Assembly (NCBI GenBank): GCA_051294905.1
Contig: CM119371.1
Span: forward strand, 16,928,001 to 16,992,000
Reading direction: 5' to 3'
Source of the DNA: Botryllus schlosseri
Lineage: Eukaryota
Length of the DNA stretch: 64,000 nucleotides
A model generated the notes under the pieces. It saw nothing but the letters and a program-made list of their open reading frames with translations, had not been told where the DNA came from and did no database searches. This document shows positions 12,691-26,400 of the stretch, one piece after another. The position numbers and the translations under genes are program-made. Numbering within the stretch: position 1 is the first letter of the stretch; the number at the start of each line of letters is the position of its first letter.

Positions 12691-13830
12691 CAGGGGTGTG
12701 CAAACTTTTGAGCTCGCGGGCCGCATTCATCATCTTAATCCATTCGCGGGCCGCCCTATATATAATTGGGATTATAAACCAAAACGCAATATTGGTATTT
12801 GATTATCATAGTGAGGACATGGAGATGCTTACTTAAAACAAACCAAGCATTGCTTTGATGATATCGTACATGCGTCAGAAACAGTGGCGAGATTTCATAG
12901 GCTGGTCGACTTCAATAACCAATTTAGTCAAAACTACAAAGATGAAAGTCGGTGGTCCCGATTCTTAGAACAGGATTTAAATTTAATTCTGTCAGCATCG
13001 ATCTGTGCATAGATTTGCTAATTCCACATTTGGTTCAGCTCCAGAACACACAATGCTGACAGCATCATAACCATGTTAGCTTCAAACACGCTTCTACTGT
13101 GTGTAGATAAAATATAAATACCCTATGCGTAGATACAGAGAACGAATATACCTAAGACACACGCGAATCGTTTTTATTTTATTCGTTTTTGTTATAAGCA
13201 TATCCCTGAAATAATTACAACTAGAGTGGCCAATCAAAAATCACACTCGTGATCCGAATTATGTCAATCTCGTTTAGGAATTCTGTGATTTTTAGCAATT
13301 GAAACCTTTCAAACTGCGTGGGATCGGGCTGTCGTGCCAGACATTAAACATAACAAATAATATAGGAAGTATTTACCTTAGAACAATGGTTCTCAATCTT
13401 TGCAAGTCACGCGTACTCCTTATCGTCATATCACATAACGCAACCAGGATGCTAGCAAACCTAACGGGTAGTTTGGTGGCATGGTAGCCTGCGACTGTGG
13501 ATGAGAGATTTTTAAATACGAATTTCTGACTAAATACAGATAAACAATTGTGAATTTGATGTGAATCGCGCCAGTTGATCTCAGCTTCGCGCCCCTCTTC
13601 AGATGCTTTCACGCCCTCAAGGGGGGCACACCCCCCAGTTTGGGAATCACTTCCTTAAAAGTATCATGAGGAAATATACTAAAAAGTTTAATCAAGTCCC
13701 TGCATTAATTCGATTTTTTAGTACGCATTTTATCAATATTTTTAATGAGTTTCTTTTAGACTTTCGCGGGCCGCACAGAACGGTGTTGCGGGCCGCATGC
13801 GGCCCGCGGGCCGTACTTTACCCACCCCTG
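12691..13830. mobile_element. hAT (Buster-like) MITE with GCGGGCCGC subterminal motifs
   Basis: Ends CAGGGGTG / CACCCCTG; TSD GTATAAAG (12683-12690) and GTCTAAAG (13831-13838), 7/8. Confidence 0.85.
13384..13652. mobile_element. Small degenerate hAT MITE nested in 12691-13830
   Basis: Ends CAATGGTTCTCAA / TTGGGAATCACTT; TSD CCTTAGAA and CCTTAAAA, 7/8. Confidence 0.7.
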
Positions 13831-15460
13831 GTCTAAAGTAATATATGAAACTAGTAATATAATGAAGAAATTCATCGGCGCATCAAAAAAATGTTCGCGT
13901 TTTCATTGCGTTACCACTCTCGATTTCAGTGCGTATAGCAATGCGACATGACAAAATATATATTAGTCCGAAATTCGCCGGAAATGGGCAGTTTAACAAG
14001 GGTATTTGGCGTCCAGCTAGGTCATTACGACTATGTCCTGGAGTGCGGCCGCAGGCTACCGTATTAATCGAAATGGGGCCCTGAATAGTAAAAAGGTTTT
14101 GCCACCCCTGCTTGGTGCCTTTGTAAAATTAATTAGCTTGTGGTGAAAAATACCATCGTTGTTATAAGCACCATAACAGGATCTCATAAAGCAATGACAA
14201 TAATAATAAATTTTTCCGCCAACACGATGAAATTGTTGGGCTGTCTTCAAAAGTTATGCAAAACAAATTTGACTCAATTCCAAGCTGTAGAAGCGGAGTT
14301 ATTCCAGTTTTTGATGATAATTCTTGGATTATCCACCGATCAAGGATAATCCCAGAATTTGAATTTGAATAAAATAGTATTTAGTCACAGAGTCTGTTCG
14401 CAGCCAGTTAGGCCCCCCGCCACGCAAATTGAAATTTATTTCGCGTCAGAGCAAAAACAGCATGACATTACGAACGATAATCAACCTAAATGTAGCAGAA
14501 TTGGAGACAGAGTAGGTAAAGCTACTGCTGCGGAAGCGGTAATTCAGATCAGCGATGATAGCAGGCGCACCAGCCTACTGCGTATCAGGCCTGTCCCACA
14601 CCACACACAATCGATAGTAGCACATGGGCTGCAAGAGATGTCAGTAACCTCAGATCGTATGCCGCTATACAAAGTCTATTGTCGCTAATTTACATCACTA
14701 ATAACAAAATACTAAATTGCAAATGTATGGCGAAATATTGGACATGCAATCGGCATTTTAAAACAAAAGGGTTTCGATTTCAACATGGAAGCCATTTCGA
14801 CCCTGACTGGCTACGTCACTTCATTTATGTTTGTTAACTGCATACTATCCAACACCAAACGGAACCATTGGTCTACTATTGCCGACGGCTAAATGAAGAT
14901 AAGAAATATTTGCTTATGACATCACAATCAAGCGGTGTACAGTATTACACTTGAGATAGGCTACACTTGACATCGTACCATATTGCTCATTAACCTGTGC
15001 GTCAACCTGTACTGACCCATAAACCTGCCTTTGTGATAGCTAGCCATCGGCTCATTGTAATTCGGATCTGGTACACCCCTGTACACACCATCCGAGTGGT
15101 ACACCCTTTGCAAATTCTGCTACACCCTAGGGCAGTGTTTCCCAACCCCGAGTCCGCGGACTCAAATGAGTCCGTGGAAGGGGGTGGATGAGTCCGCGAG
15201 CACACTAGTTGACAAATTGTCAACCTGGCAATTCCGTGTGTGTTTTCAATGTATAGACGCTAGTCTCATGTCGCATTCGTTATTTTAGAGCATTAATATT
15301 GATAATACCTTGAGAAAGAAGGGTCATCGATCAAAATTTGGAGGTCTGTTTTCTACCACGGACATAGTTTTAGCTTCAGCAAGTCGAAAATCTATGATAA
15401 TGTCAAAATTTGCAATGTTTTCGTCCTTTTCCGCATTGTGATTCCGCAATATGTAATTTG

Positions 15461-15560
15461 CGGACTAGCGGGGCTCGTTCACTTTCGGACCAAACTCACT
15501 ACATCCTTACGGAGAAAATATCTTTTTGGTCCGAAAGTGAACGAGCCCCGTACTGGTCCG
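15461..15560. repeat. Short inverted repeat (hairpin) inside the 15133-17207 element
   Basis: CGGGGCTCGTTCACTTTCGGACCAAA pairs with TTTGGTCCGAAAGTGAACGAGCCCCG around a ~31-bp spacer. Confidence 0.85.
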
Positions 15561-16777
15561 GATTCTTTAAATTTTGATTTGAGAATTAGACTTCCTCCGT
15601 GATGTTTGATTCGCAAAATACCGCTTTTTAAATGGTAATCACCTTAATAGCTCTGAGATAAAACGCACAGATATCTCGGCTGTCCTAAACTGGAATAGTG
15701 CTCTCAGAACTACATTCATTGCGGTGAAATTTATCAACTTATCGTGTGCCCCTTATCAAGAGATAACGGCACAATAAGAAGCAGAAAGAGTTTATATACA
15801 ATATATACCGGTAATTGTATGTGTAACGTCTTCCGTGTATCGTATAATTCGATTTTCTGGGCTCTCTTTGTTCAGATTGTCGGAGTACCGGAACAGCTGC
15901 CTTTGCCTAACGTTCCTTTTATATCATTGTATTGTTACGTCATATGTTGCCAATTTGGTTTTCGTTAGAACCTATTTCTGTATGCTTCTTATTGTGCCGT
16001 TAACTCTTGATGAGGGTCATACGAAATACCTTCAAGTTAATAAATTATACTACAATGAATGTAGTTTGGAATGCAATATCAGAGATACCTCAATAAGCGA
16101 TGTTTCGCCACGTATATTTCAAACGCAAGAACAACGACAACGAAACATAAAGCTCTGCAACAAATTGTTCAGCATTCCAAGCAATATTCGTTCTCCTGAA
16201 ATGTTCTGTGTCTTGGGCAACCAGTTGGTCGCAAGTGTCACAGGCAAGACGGGTATGCTTTGGACATCTGTAGCATCTTCCTGGCTTGATACCAAATATG
16301 TCAGGGATGCCTATAAACCCTTATTATCGGCAACTGGAATTTTTCAAAATGCCCTGGATTTATGGCTGAGGTAGCCAATTGGTAAAATTGTCATAACCAA
16401 TTCTATCCTGGTTATAAATGTACAATTTTCGTCGGATTGACTTGAATTTGGTACGCTTGGATGCGGAATTTGACGATGAGTATTCACATACCGAAAATGC
16501 CAGGTATAAACTCCTATGACAGCTCTTCATACACACGTATGCACGCGTTTTCGGCGCGATATACGCTGAGTGTTATTGTATTTATTGCGACTTATGGTCC
16601 ACTTGTAGACGTTATTTGGATATTGATAAATCGTAGGGACATGTGCTCATCACAGAAACAATCTATAGTTGTCTATTTATCAGTAGAACTCGAAATATGG
16701 ACTACATTACTGAACATGAACAGTTGTTTGCATTGCAAAGCCGACAGATATGGAAAGACACCTTTAAAAAGGCTTCT

Positions 16778-17040
16778 TTGACTCAATTTTGGACAAATGT
16801 GCACTGTGCAGTCGATGGAGCATAGTTTTTCAGATCTTTGCTAGCAAGCTGCAACAGCTCTTTTGCCATTTCCAACCACATACCTGAGTAAATCTGACTT
16901 TTCAACCCTGACGATGATCAAAAGAAGTATCGCAATAGACTTCAACCGGTAGATGACATCAGATGTAGGCCTACATTAACAACCATAATTCCGGAATTCG
17001 ATAAACTTGTCAAGCAAGTTCAAGGACAAGGCTCTAATTC
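16778..17040 (+). pseudogene. Degraded Buster-type hAT transposase C-terminal (dimerisation) region
   Basis: Across stops and frameshifts: LTQFW ... ALLPFPTTYLSKSDFSTLTMIK ... KYRNRLQPVDDIRC(RP)TLTTIIPEFDKLVKQVQGQGS; collinear with the remnant at 61491-61673. Confidence 0.85.
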
Positions 17041-17789
17041 AGTGTGTGTTGAGTGCAAAACAGTGCTTGATTTTTTCGTTGATACCGTATTAAACTCTCT
17101 TGGATAGAAATCAAAAAACCTAATTTTCGTTGATATATAGCTTGAATCCGCGGATATATAGGCAAGCTTGGGAATAGTCCGCGGGCCAAAAAGGTTGGGA
17201 ATCACTGCCCTAGGGTGTACGACAACCCCGGTTGAAGAGCACTGATCTAGTCTCCTCCTCGCCATCTCATCCGTGTAAGCGGTGTCTTATATAAGCCAAG
17301 AATGTGGGCCGTTGTAGAAGTCGGCCGCTGCGGTATAGAAATGAAGAAAATTGCCTGGTGTAAATGACCATGACCAATGACCATAGTAGTCGACACACAC
17401 CATGAACACCTCAAAACAAATCTGTCGGTGCCGTCAAATCTTCCGGTTTGCAGGGTGCCGTTAGCGAAAAAAAGCTCGAGCATCACTGTGCAAGGGTGCC
17501 GCGGACTATTTTTCATTTACAGAGGGTGTCGCGAGGTTAAAAAACTTGACAACCACTGGTCGGTCTGAATCTGAATTGGCACTATTGCAATCATAATTCA
17601 AAAATCCCTATTGGGAATCGAATATCCAGATGATGGGCTCTCACAATAAAATTCAAATCTGAATGAAAAAAAAACATCTTATAAATCTGAATTTGATAAA
17701 AATTCTAAAAGTGCATTTAAAATTTTGGATTTGATACATCCAGAATCATATGAGGAAAGTACTAATCTGGACTTACTTCCTTGTTTCAT

Positions 17790-18962
17790 TGGCTTCATTT
17801 TTACATTAACTGGTTGCATTAGCTTTTCATTAGCTCCATTAGCTTCTCATTAGCTTACTTTTTCATTAGCTTAATTAGCTTTTCATTAGCTTCATTAGCT
17901 TTTCATTAGCTTACTTTTCATCAGTGTTGGGATGACTCGAGTCATGACTTGACTCGAGTCAGACTCGAGTCACCTTTTTCGTATGACTTGACTTGACTTG
18001 AGTCACTTTGCTAAAATGACTTGACTTGACTTGACTCGGCGTATCAGAAATGCGGATTGACTCGTGACTCGAAGCAAAATTCACGAGTCAATTTCAAGTC
18101 ATCAAGCAAACGATGTCGATAAAATCACTCTATCTTGCATATGGTCGAATTGTTCTCGAAACGCTGGTGTAACCCGTGAAAGCGACCAATCATTCAATAA
18201 TCGTGCGTTTTACTGAATCTCCATTGTTCTCTCACAAATAAATAGACCGCAAACGAAATGATCGGAGCATACAGCTTACGCACTAGTATAGTAGAGTAAT
18301 TTAGCGGCAAAATGTATACTTCTGTTATCTGTACCAAACCTCTTGTTTTATTGAAATTGAATTCGAATATAGTTTATATAGTCCTCGACCATTGGCGCAG
18401 GTTCTAATTGTTTCATATCAATTTGTAAATGGGTAGTGTATTGCATCTTATTAATTCGTTTCTCTATTTTTTGTTTTGGCTGCTAATTAAACTGAGGCTA
18501 TGTAATTATTTACGTAGTTGTAGCATTGCTACGTATATGTGAGCCATACAGCGCCTTCTTGCGTGAATATTTAACTCTATATTCGTTCATCGGTTCAGAA
18601 TCAATGACCACTTAATCTGTGTGTTAGACAGCTAGCAGAATACAATGACGTAAGCATGCTTCATACTTCTAAAAGGCAACTTGACTTGAATTGTGACTTG
18701 ACTCGTGACTTGACTTGACTTGACTCGACTTGACTCGAGTCACCTCCAAAAATCGAGTGACTTGACTTGACTCGAGTCACCTTCGAAAATCGATTGACTT
18801 GACTAGACTCGAGTCAAAATCTGCAATGACTCGAAATGACTCGTGACTCGAAGGTAGTGACTTGATCCCAACACTGCTTTTCATTAGCTTACTTTTTCAT
18901 TAGCCAAATTAGCTTTTCATTAGCTTTTCATTAGCTTAATTAGCTGCATTCGCTTTTCATAA
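17790..18962. repeat. Degenerate (TTTTCATTAGC)n minisatellite, split by the 17922-18876 MITE
   Basis: Many TTTTCATTAGC(TT) units at ~17790-17921 and 18877-18962. Confidence 0.9.
17922..18876 (+). mobile_element. hAT-type MITE, CAGTGTTGGGAT family with (GACTT/GACTC)n arrays, copy 1
   Basis: TIRs CAGTGTTGGGAT / ATCCCAACACTG; perfect TSD CTTTTCAT at 17914-17921 and 18877-18884. Confidence 0.95.
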
Positions 18963-19151
18963 GCCTGCATGTACAAAATAAAGGCACCCGATAGGATATA
19001 TATTCAATATAGCTCGATATGACAGGATCGGAAAACTTCCGTGCAAAAGAACAATATAAATTGGTGTCTCTTGTTGTTAGCTATCGTTTAATAATTAGCC
19101 TGATATTAAGCAGCGGACAAAGATGAAATGCACAGAAACACGGCATTTTAC

Positions 19152-21099
19152 CAGTGGCGGCTCGTCCTATCGGGCAACTGGGGAATTGCCCCACCTAAAA
19201 TTCTGTTCAATAACAATTCTTTACCATTTATAGACGCACAACAATCTATATATACCGAAATCACAGCGAAAATCGTATTCTTCTTGTCCTTTCGCTTGTA
19301 AATGCCCATATATAGCGAAGTCTCTGCGAAAATCGAATTCTCTTCTGTGTTTTCGCTTTGCGAATGCCTAGCCGGGGCATGCCCCGGTAGCGCTCATAAC
19401 AAGCTTTCACTGTCTATTCTCTCAAAGCCGCGCACCATAAAGAAACGGTGATTTACTCTATCCTATTCATAAAATTACCGAGCAACCGGGGCTCAATAGG
19501 TCTGTGCCCCTAAGGTGTGATGTAACAATCGCATCTATAGCTGAACTCGGTTACCGTCATATGCGTTTAGTCGACCTTTGCTGGTATAGGTCGATTTTGA
19601 TGGTGTTTCACACCATGAAAACTCTTGAAACTTGGTATGTCATGTCGTGATGGTGGTATTTAACATTGCTCCAAGTTTCAGGGTTTCTACTTAAAGTTTA
19701 GGGTAGTAATTCCGTTTCCAAAGTTGAGTGTGTGCTGATCCGTCATGTATCGCAAACAGATTTTACTCGAAAGCCGGTATTGGTATCCATTGATTTTGAC
19801 GATGTTCAATACCGAGATCGGTTATGACATTTGGCACGGTAAGTCTTAATGTTAGTATCGAACGCTGTACCAAGTTTTAAGTTTGTCACTGAACTATGTT
19901 AGTGGTAATTTCGTTTCCTGAGTCGAGTGAGAGCTGACTCGTCATTTATCGCTAACAGATTTTACGCAAAGCCGGTATTGGTCTCTATTGATTTTAACAA
20001 TGTTCCTTGCCTAGATCTGTCATGAGCTTTTGCACGGTGTGTTTTGATTTTAGTATCGAACGCTGTGCCAAGTCTCAAGGTTGACACTCAATGATTAGGG
20101 CAGTAATTTCGTTATCAAGGTCGAATATGGTAGATATGTGCTCTGATCTGACACTTTACAACGCATTGCGGATTTCACGGAAAAGCCGGTGTATCTGTGG
20201 TAACGTTAACTGTGTTCCATACTGAGATAGGTGACGAGATGATGATATCATTTTCATTTGCATTCAAATATTTATTTTGATATTATATTCTACAATGTCA
20301 ATTTCACCGTGAAATTGTGGCCTTCAAGCCATTTGCTTACAACCCCCTGTCTAGCGCGATAGCTATTTCGTTTTCGATGTCGGCTAACAGCTGATCACTT
20401 GATCAGCCTATTCCTCAGTAAATTTTACGCAAAATTCGGTCTGTTCGCATTAATTTTGACAGTGTACCATACCGAAAAGGGCCATGAGGCTACTTCTCGA
20501 TGATGTCGTGTAACAGTGTACTAAGTTTACGGCTTTCATCCACGTATATATTCGGTAATATATTTTCCAAAGGCGATTTCGCAGCAGACCTATAGACAGT
20601 AATAAAACCATATGTGTCGTGTTACAGTCTCCAGTTTCAAGGCCAAAATCTCCTATGCTGTACCGAGACCGAGTTTCCGAGACTGCTATTCTCTTCAGAA
20701 TGATGTTTTGGATTCAATATGACAGACCCAATGTATGAGATAACAATTGGGTATGGGTATGTGTCCGAACTCGTTGACCTTTCCAATTAGGCTTACTCAA
20801 TCTCTCGAGTTATAGTCATTTCCATTGCTGCAGATAATTAGTCAGGTCTAGTGCGAACATGAACCGCGTTGAATCTTTGTTCCGTACGCCGTTTACGCAG
20901 TTACCACACTTCAAGTCACAGCTCACCGGCAGACCTCTCGTGGCACATACGTTAAAACCACTGTTGTCGGGAAATTCATGTTACCGTAACATCATTAAGT
21001 TACTTGTTTACGTTGGAAAACGCCATTGTGACGTCATCTTGATAAAAAGTCGATTGCAGCCCTTTCCCCACCACCCGATATTGTCACGAGCCGCCACTG
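19152..21099. mobile_element. hAT-type non-autonomous element with internal tandem repeats
   Basis: Perfect 14-bp TIRs CAGTGGCGGCTCGT / ACGAGCCGCCACTG; perfect TSD CATTTTAC at 19144-19151 and 21100-21107. Confidence 0.93.
19590..20580. repeat. Degenerate ~200-bp tandem repeat, 4-5 units
   Basis: Units starting near 19592, 19791 and 19989 share GATTTT..., CCAAGT.., GTAATT.CGTT, GATTT.AC..AAAGCCGGT; weaker units near 20200 and 20451. Confidence 0.8.
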
Positions 21100-23445
21100 C
21101 ATTTTACCAAGATCTAACTGGCGGCGGCAGACCGACATCTTCAGAGGAGCTTTGACAGAAAAGACTTATGGAATAATGCAGTCTCAAATTGAACAGAACG
21201 ACAACTCATTCGACGATGATGCCATTTTGGATAAGTCGTGCCATTCTAGCGTATCGGTTGAGACTGGGAGTACGGATAAATTATAGATTACTGACCTTCG
21301 GGGTTAGTAATCTATAAATAAACTCTCCCCGATCCAGACATCGAAATATGTGTTAGCACATCTTCGACTATGGATAAATCGAGGGGTGATAGCCGTACCA
21401 AATGAGGAGCTGAATACTTGCAGTTCAGCAAAGCATAAACTTTTGCGGTTTTGTTTTTAATACAGCAGCCAACAGCCTGTGTGTGTCGTACTCGCGCTAA
21501 TCATTGTCTTTAAACTTCGTAACAATCAGAAATTAGCCAAGAATTTGGTGCAGGGTTAAAATTGAGCAGATGAACTTTCGGAGCAAGATCATTTGAACAT
21601 TTCATACGCGACAATGGTGCAAAGTGATCAACAATGAACTTGATCATTGATCACGGGAATGCAGGTCACGATCGACTCTGTGCTGACAATGGTGCATAAG
21701 GCCCTAAGTCTATTTTGCCATATGTTTAACCAAAATTCTCAAAAAAGAGGACATTTGGGAGTCCTCGAAGGACACTTTTAAAAAAGCCAAAAAAGAGGAC
21801 AAATACGCCTATTTTCCATCCATGTATTTACAGCAGAAATGTGAGACATTTCTTCTAACCGTCCATAGGAACAGTCCTGATTACCTTATCCAGCCTGCTG
21901 ATAGACCAAATCTAGATTAACAATTGCAATGGTGCATGTTTATGCGCGGACCCCAGTTTATGCACTACTTGTCTAGACGTTAACACTTCAATTGGCAATG
22001 TCGTCTGCGGTCCCAGCTAGGGGTTGACACAATGATCCAAGTAGGTATCTTTGATATCTCACTCTAGCATCAGCAATTTCAATGATTCCCATTGATATCT
22101 CCGAATACTCAGCACTATTTTATAACATATAAAAAACATGATTTGTTTTCGTTTGGAAACTCTGCTTTTTAGAATGGTTTAGTGGTTCTGGTCTCCAAAC
22201 AGCTCAGTGAATAAGATGGTCGGCTCTGAACTAAAAAGTATTTACAGCACGCGGTGTAGACCTAAAGCCGTAAGCATTGAAATACGAGAGTGAAGTTTTT
22301 AGTCATATGGAGTAAGAGAGCTGCGGATTCCATATCAGGCATTCAATGACGAAATTCTTCTAATGAGAATCAGTGGACTCTTAACGACCACACTATTAAT
22401 CATTCTGTTCGAGGAATTTCATTACCCGGCGGTGTGTGATAATTTTTGCAATAAATATTTATTGCTTCATCGCGACCTCGGGAATAAAAATATTTACTAT
22501 GGGCCAATCCCTTATTGGATGTCGGTAAACATAGTTGATATAGTAGCCATTGGCTTCAAATTTGATAACAATACCTTACGGGTCTACATAGGATTTGGAG
22601 CAAGGATTATTTAACCGTCCCGTAGCTCTTCGAAATTCAATTTGTTCCGAGCAGTTAATTAGTTTTTGCACACTTCCATACTTACTTAAGTGACTATGTT
22701 ATATGACATACTTCAATGTATACATAAGAATTTCCCAGCAAACTTGAAGAATTTTTGCACTTTAAATCAAGAAAAGCGGTAGGTACCTTTGGAATGAGCT
22801 AGCATCAATTTTACGAAAATAATTATCATTCCGCGAGGCTCCACCTCGCCATCGCATCCGTTTAAATGATGTCTTATAAAAGCCCAGAAGTGGGTCGTGC
22901 TATAGGTCGGCAGTTGGTCTGGTGTAAAGAATCATATCAGTCGATAATCACCAAGAATACCACAAACTATAACATGCATAAAGTGTGGAACACCCCGACC
23001 ATCATACACGTTTTGAAACTATACTTAGAGTACTCTACTGACATTTCATATTTTACTTCCAGATCAAGTGGTTTTGACATGCCCCGCAGATGGCCAAGGC
23101 AATTCTACTTGAAATCGCGTATAAATATTTTGCGTTAGCTGCACTTCACCTTGAGCAGCAACGGTGACTTATTTACCTCCGATTCTTAGCTCTATAGGTA
23201 AATGCCAAGTTTTTATATTCCTTTCCCAGCGTCATGCCCCATAACAGCTAGTTCCACAGCTAACGCAACCCAAATCCCCCGATTAAGGGGGAAGCGAGCT
23301 CGATTGGAGCACACGCATCATTTCGTAAATAAGCATAAGGTATAAAGTATTTTTTGGGAAAGCAGAAGGTATAAAGTATTTTTGTTCGCGCCCCGCGCTA
23401 TTTGATCTCGCTACATATCTAGATATCCATAAGAGTACCCTAGCC

Positions 23446-26400
23446 CAGTGGTTCTCAACCTTTTTTGCCTCGCGGACCGGTAAAATTTCAAAAAATGTCT
23501 GGCGGACTGGTGAACTTTCAAAATTGAAATGAGGCCAAAATGTAAAGTATGCAACCTTTTTTTTGCAATTATATGGTGCTAGAGAGTGACATTTAGAGGG
23601 TTTTTATCGTATTTAATTATATTCATGATGGCATTCATGTGATTTAAAGTAGTGAGTCTGCCGAGTCGAGGTAAAATTGCCTTGCCAAATAAACGTGCTA
23701 TGACCGCCGAGAGTCGTTTACAGTCTTTCGCGCCGAAGGCCGTGGGATTAAGCGACCACGCCGACTCCAATAATATTCTTCTCTTTGATAATATCGAGAG
23801 AAGAAGCGTATCGGAGTCGACCCAAGCATTTTGTCGTGCTACCTTGCTCATGCCCACTGTCACCAGACGAAGGCTACTCTGCGAACTACGAATACAATGC
23901 GTGCCGCAAGAAAACACATTACAGCAGCTATACCGGTCATCCACAAATCCGGGCCGAAAAAGCACTTCCTCAGCCCACCCCCAAAAACGTTGGTCTTGGG
24001 ACCCCCACAGGGCGATAAGCCAAACTTCCGGGGGATTCGCCCCCAGACCCTACAGTTGGGTGGATATTTCACCTGTACTTGTGATTATAGGCGCCGACTT
24101 TTATTTTTGCATGGAGTGGCGGCATGCGCGTAGCCCGGGGGGTGTCGAAACCCCTCCCTTTGAAACGCAAAACCCCGTCGTTTTGAAATTACCATTCTGA
24201 TGCTAATATTCAGTTGCAATTCAACATGTCGTATTAGGAGTGTTACGCACGGCCCCGATCAATTAGCGAGATTCGTCTGTGCATGCGACGCGATCTCCCA
24301 TTGAGATCATTACGAAATTAGGTTATTGATTGCCGAGCGCTCGGCATTCATCGCTGAACTGAGCAGTAACATGGCGCAACAATTCTAGAACAGAAAGACA
24401 GACGAAAAGTATGATTACAAACGCGTGCGGTCAATCAGCAATTATACCTTGCCGCCAAAACAATGGGTTTTTACTTAGTATTGAGTAGCTCGCATCGCGA
24501 CAATTGATTGCTGATTGAAACATCGATTTTGACTGCATTGCTGCATTTCCCGATTTACGTTCGCAAATCATAGCTGGATTAATATTATGGGCACTGGAAT
24601 AAATTCCAACTACCAGGCCCACACAATAAAACACTGTTCAACTTTGCGCTCAAAGAATATTTATCACAAAAATGACTCGCAAAATATTTTAAACGCGGCT
24701 TGCGGCCCTCATCGATGCCAATATCGCACTTTAAATTGTCGAAGGTGAAAGTATATTTGGTCGTCAAATCGCGATATGTGTTTCTCAGAGCGCGCGATGA
24801 AATCTTAAATTTCCATCAATGAGGTCGAATTTTTACATCTCATAACGATCGTTAGTTTGCTGAAATCAGTATCAGTATGCTGTGCGAAATACATAGTAGT
24901 GAACAATTTTATCGGACTGTACAATCGTCCGGCAAGGTTGCGCTGATACCGAAATTGTAGACAGCCGCAAACCCGCAATAATTACAGTTACAGGGTGCGC
25001 GAGTCATACCTAAATACCTAGATTCGGCAATGGCAACGACCACAATTTGTTTCGACCCGGGCATGAGTTTTAATCAAAAAGATACATAAACACAAACAAT
25101 ATTACTCTCGAAGATTGTTTCTGTTTGGCGAAAGTGTATTTGTGGACGGTAGCAGGCCTGCATGCGGACGCGCTAAATCAAACCTCATACGATAGTTCAC
25201 ATGAGGTATCGACGACCCATTTCGCAAACAAATGATTCTCGCTAATTTGCAGTACGTAGCAACCATAATACGAATTGTGAATAGACATTTCAAAAGCACG
25301 GGATTTTTAGTTTTAAATGAGAAACTCACTGGCTACGAATGTAGTGCTTTAATACCGACAACGCGCTGGTTATTATCAGCCCGGGACCTACGGCCGACGT
25401 AGGTTCCGATCAGCCAGTCGAATTTGATCGTGAAACAGTGTGATTTTAATTATCGAGGTGTTATTACAGCAACAGCAATATGGGCGCATGCCGCAACCTT
25501 ATTGATGGGAATACAAATACCAGTGGTTTGAGATTCGATCCGCGATATGGTTGCGCCCGATAGAGTCCGTCCAGCAATGAAGTTTATTGGGGCATAGAAG
25601 GTTCCGGCTCAAACTAATCGAAAAAATTCAGAATTTGCGCCACGGAGAATCTCTTGTTGCATCAATATTTGACAACGTAATTCAACGCCATGTACTGCAC
25701 AATGCGCAGTATTAGTAGAAAATAAAACAATGACAAGTGACATCGACGGAATACGAATGTATAAAGCAGACAAGAATTAGTGGCCTACAGATGATAGCAA
25801 ACGAGAAAGCGCGCATCTAATTCCTCAACTTGCGTACAGCACAATGAGATTCCGAGTCTGACATCGCGACAATTGTTTGCTCATTATAACGACGTGTGAG
25901 CTACATTGCTGCATTTCCCGATAAGAGTTGGCAAAGCCTTGTTTTAGTAATGAATATGCGCATTGCGTACTTTGCGCAGGAATGACTTTCTCTTCGCAGA
26001 CATACACAAACACACTTTCCTATTTCACGATCGCGCTCCAATTAAAAAGACAATCACGAAACTAACTCAAGAATTATTCTGTAAACGAATATGCTCGCAA
26101 ATACAACTTAATTGAGAGAAGTAGAACTTGAATTCGTTTCTGTCTGGTCAAGAGAGGAGAAGGTGTTTCTCAGCGCAAGCGTGTCGAAATCGACGCCGCC
26201 AACGAGGTCGCTTCGATTGTATGACTAGTGATTAGTGATTACTAATCACGGATTACACTTTATTGGGGCGTTTTAAGCAAGTATTCAATTATTATTCACG
26301 AGCGTATCGGTTAATGCTAAATAGTTGTCATTTACGCGATAACACAGACTCGCTAATTGACAGCGTAGACGGCGGGCGTTTAAGCATTTTGCATGGGGTG

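Larger units (their letters stand above)
12534..14110. mobile_element. hAT-type MITE remnant(s) with ~100-bp imperfect inverted ends
   Basis: 12534-12630 is an imperfect reverse complement of ~14000-14110; the latter matches the right end of 62082-62864; no matching TSD. Confidence 0.6.
15133..17207 (+). mobile_element. hAT (Buster/Charlie) deletion derivative
   Basis: TIRs CAGTGTTTCCCAACC / GGTTGGGAATCACTG; perfect TSD CCCTAGGG at 15125-15132 and 17208-17215; contains a transposase C-terminal remnant. Confidence 0.92.

Noticed and set aside
15835..16374. 179-aa ORF as a real gene
   Set aside because: It lies inside a non-autonomous hAT element, starts at a non-ATG codon and has no recognisable motif.
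17922..18876. GACTT/GACTC arrays as a CRISPR array or telomeric repeat
   Set aside because: They are pentamer runs without unique spacers, bounded by TIRs and 8-bp TSDs, with no cas genes. They are MITE subterminal repeats.
21800..23250. Possible degraded transposase or further exons
   Set aside because: All frames I tried contained multiple stops and I could not match any family motif.
23652..24200. 182-aa ORF and overlapping ORFs
   Set aside because: The ORF runs across the junction of two nested MITEs and has no protein motif; most likely chance open frames.
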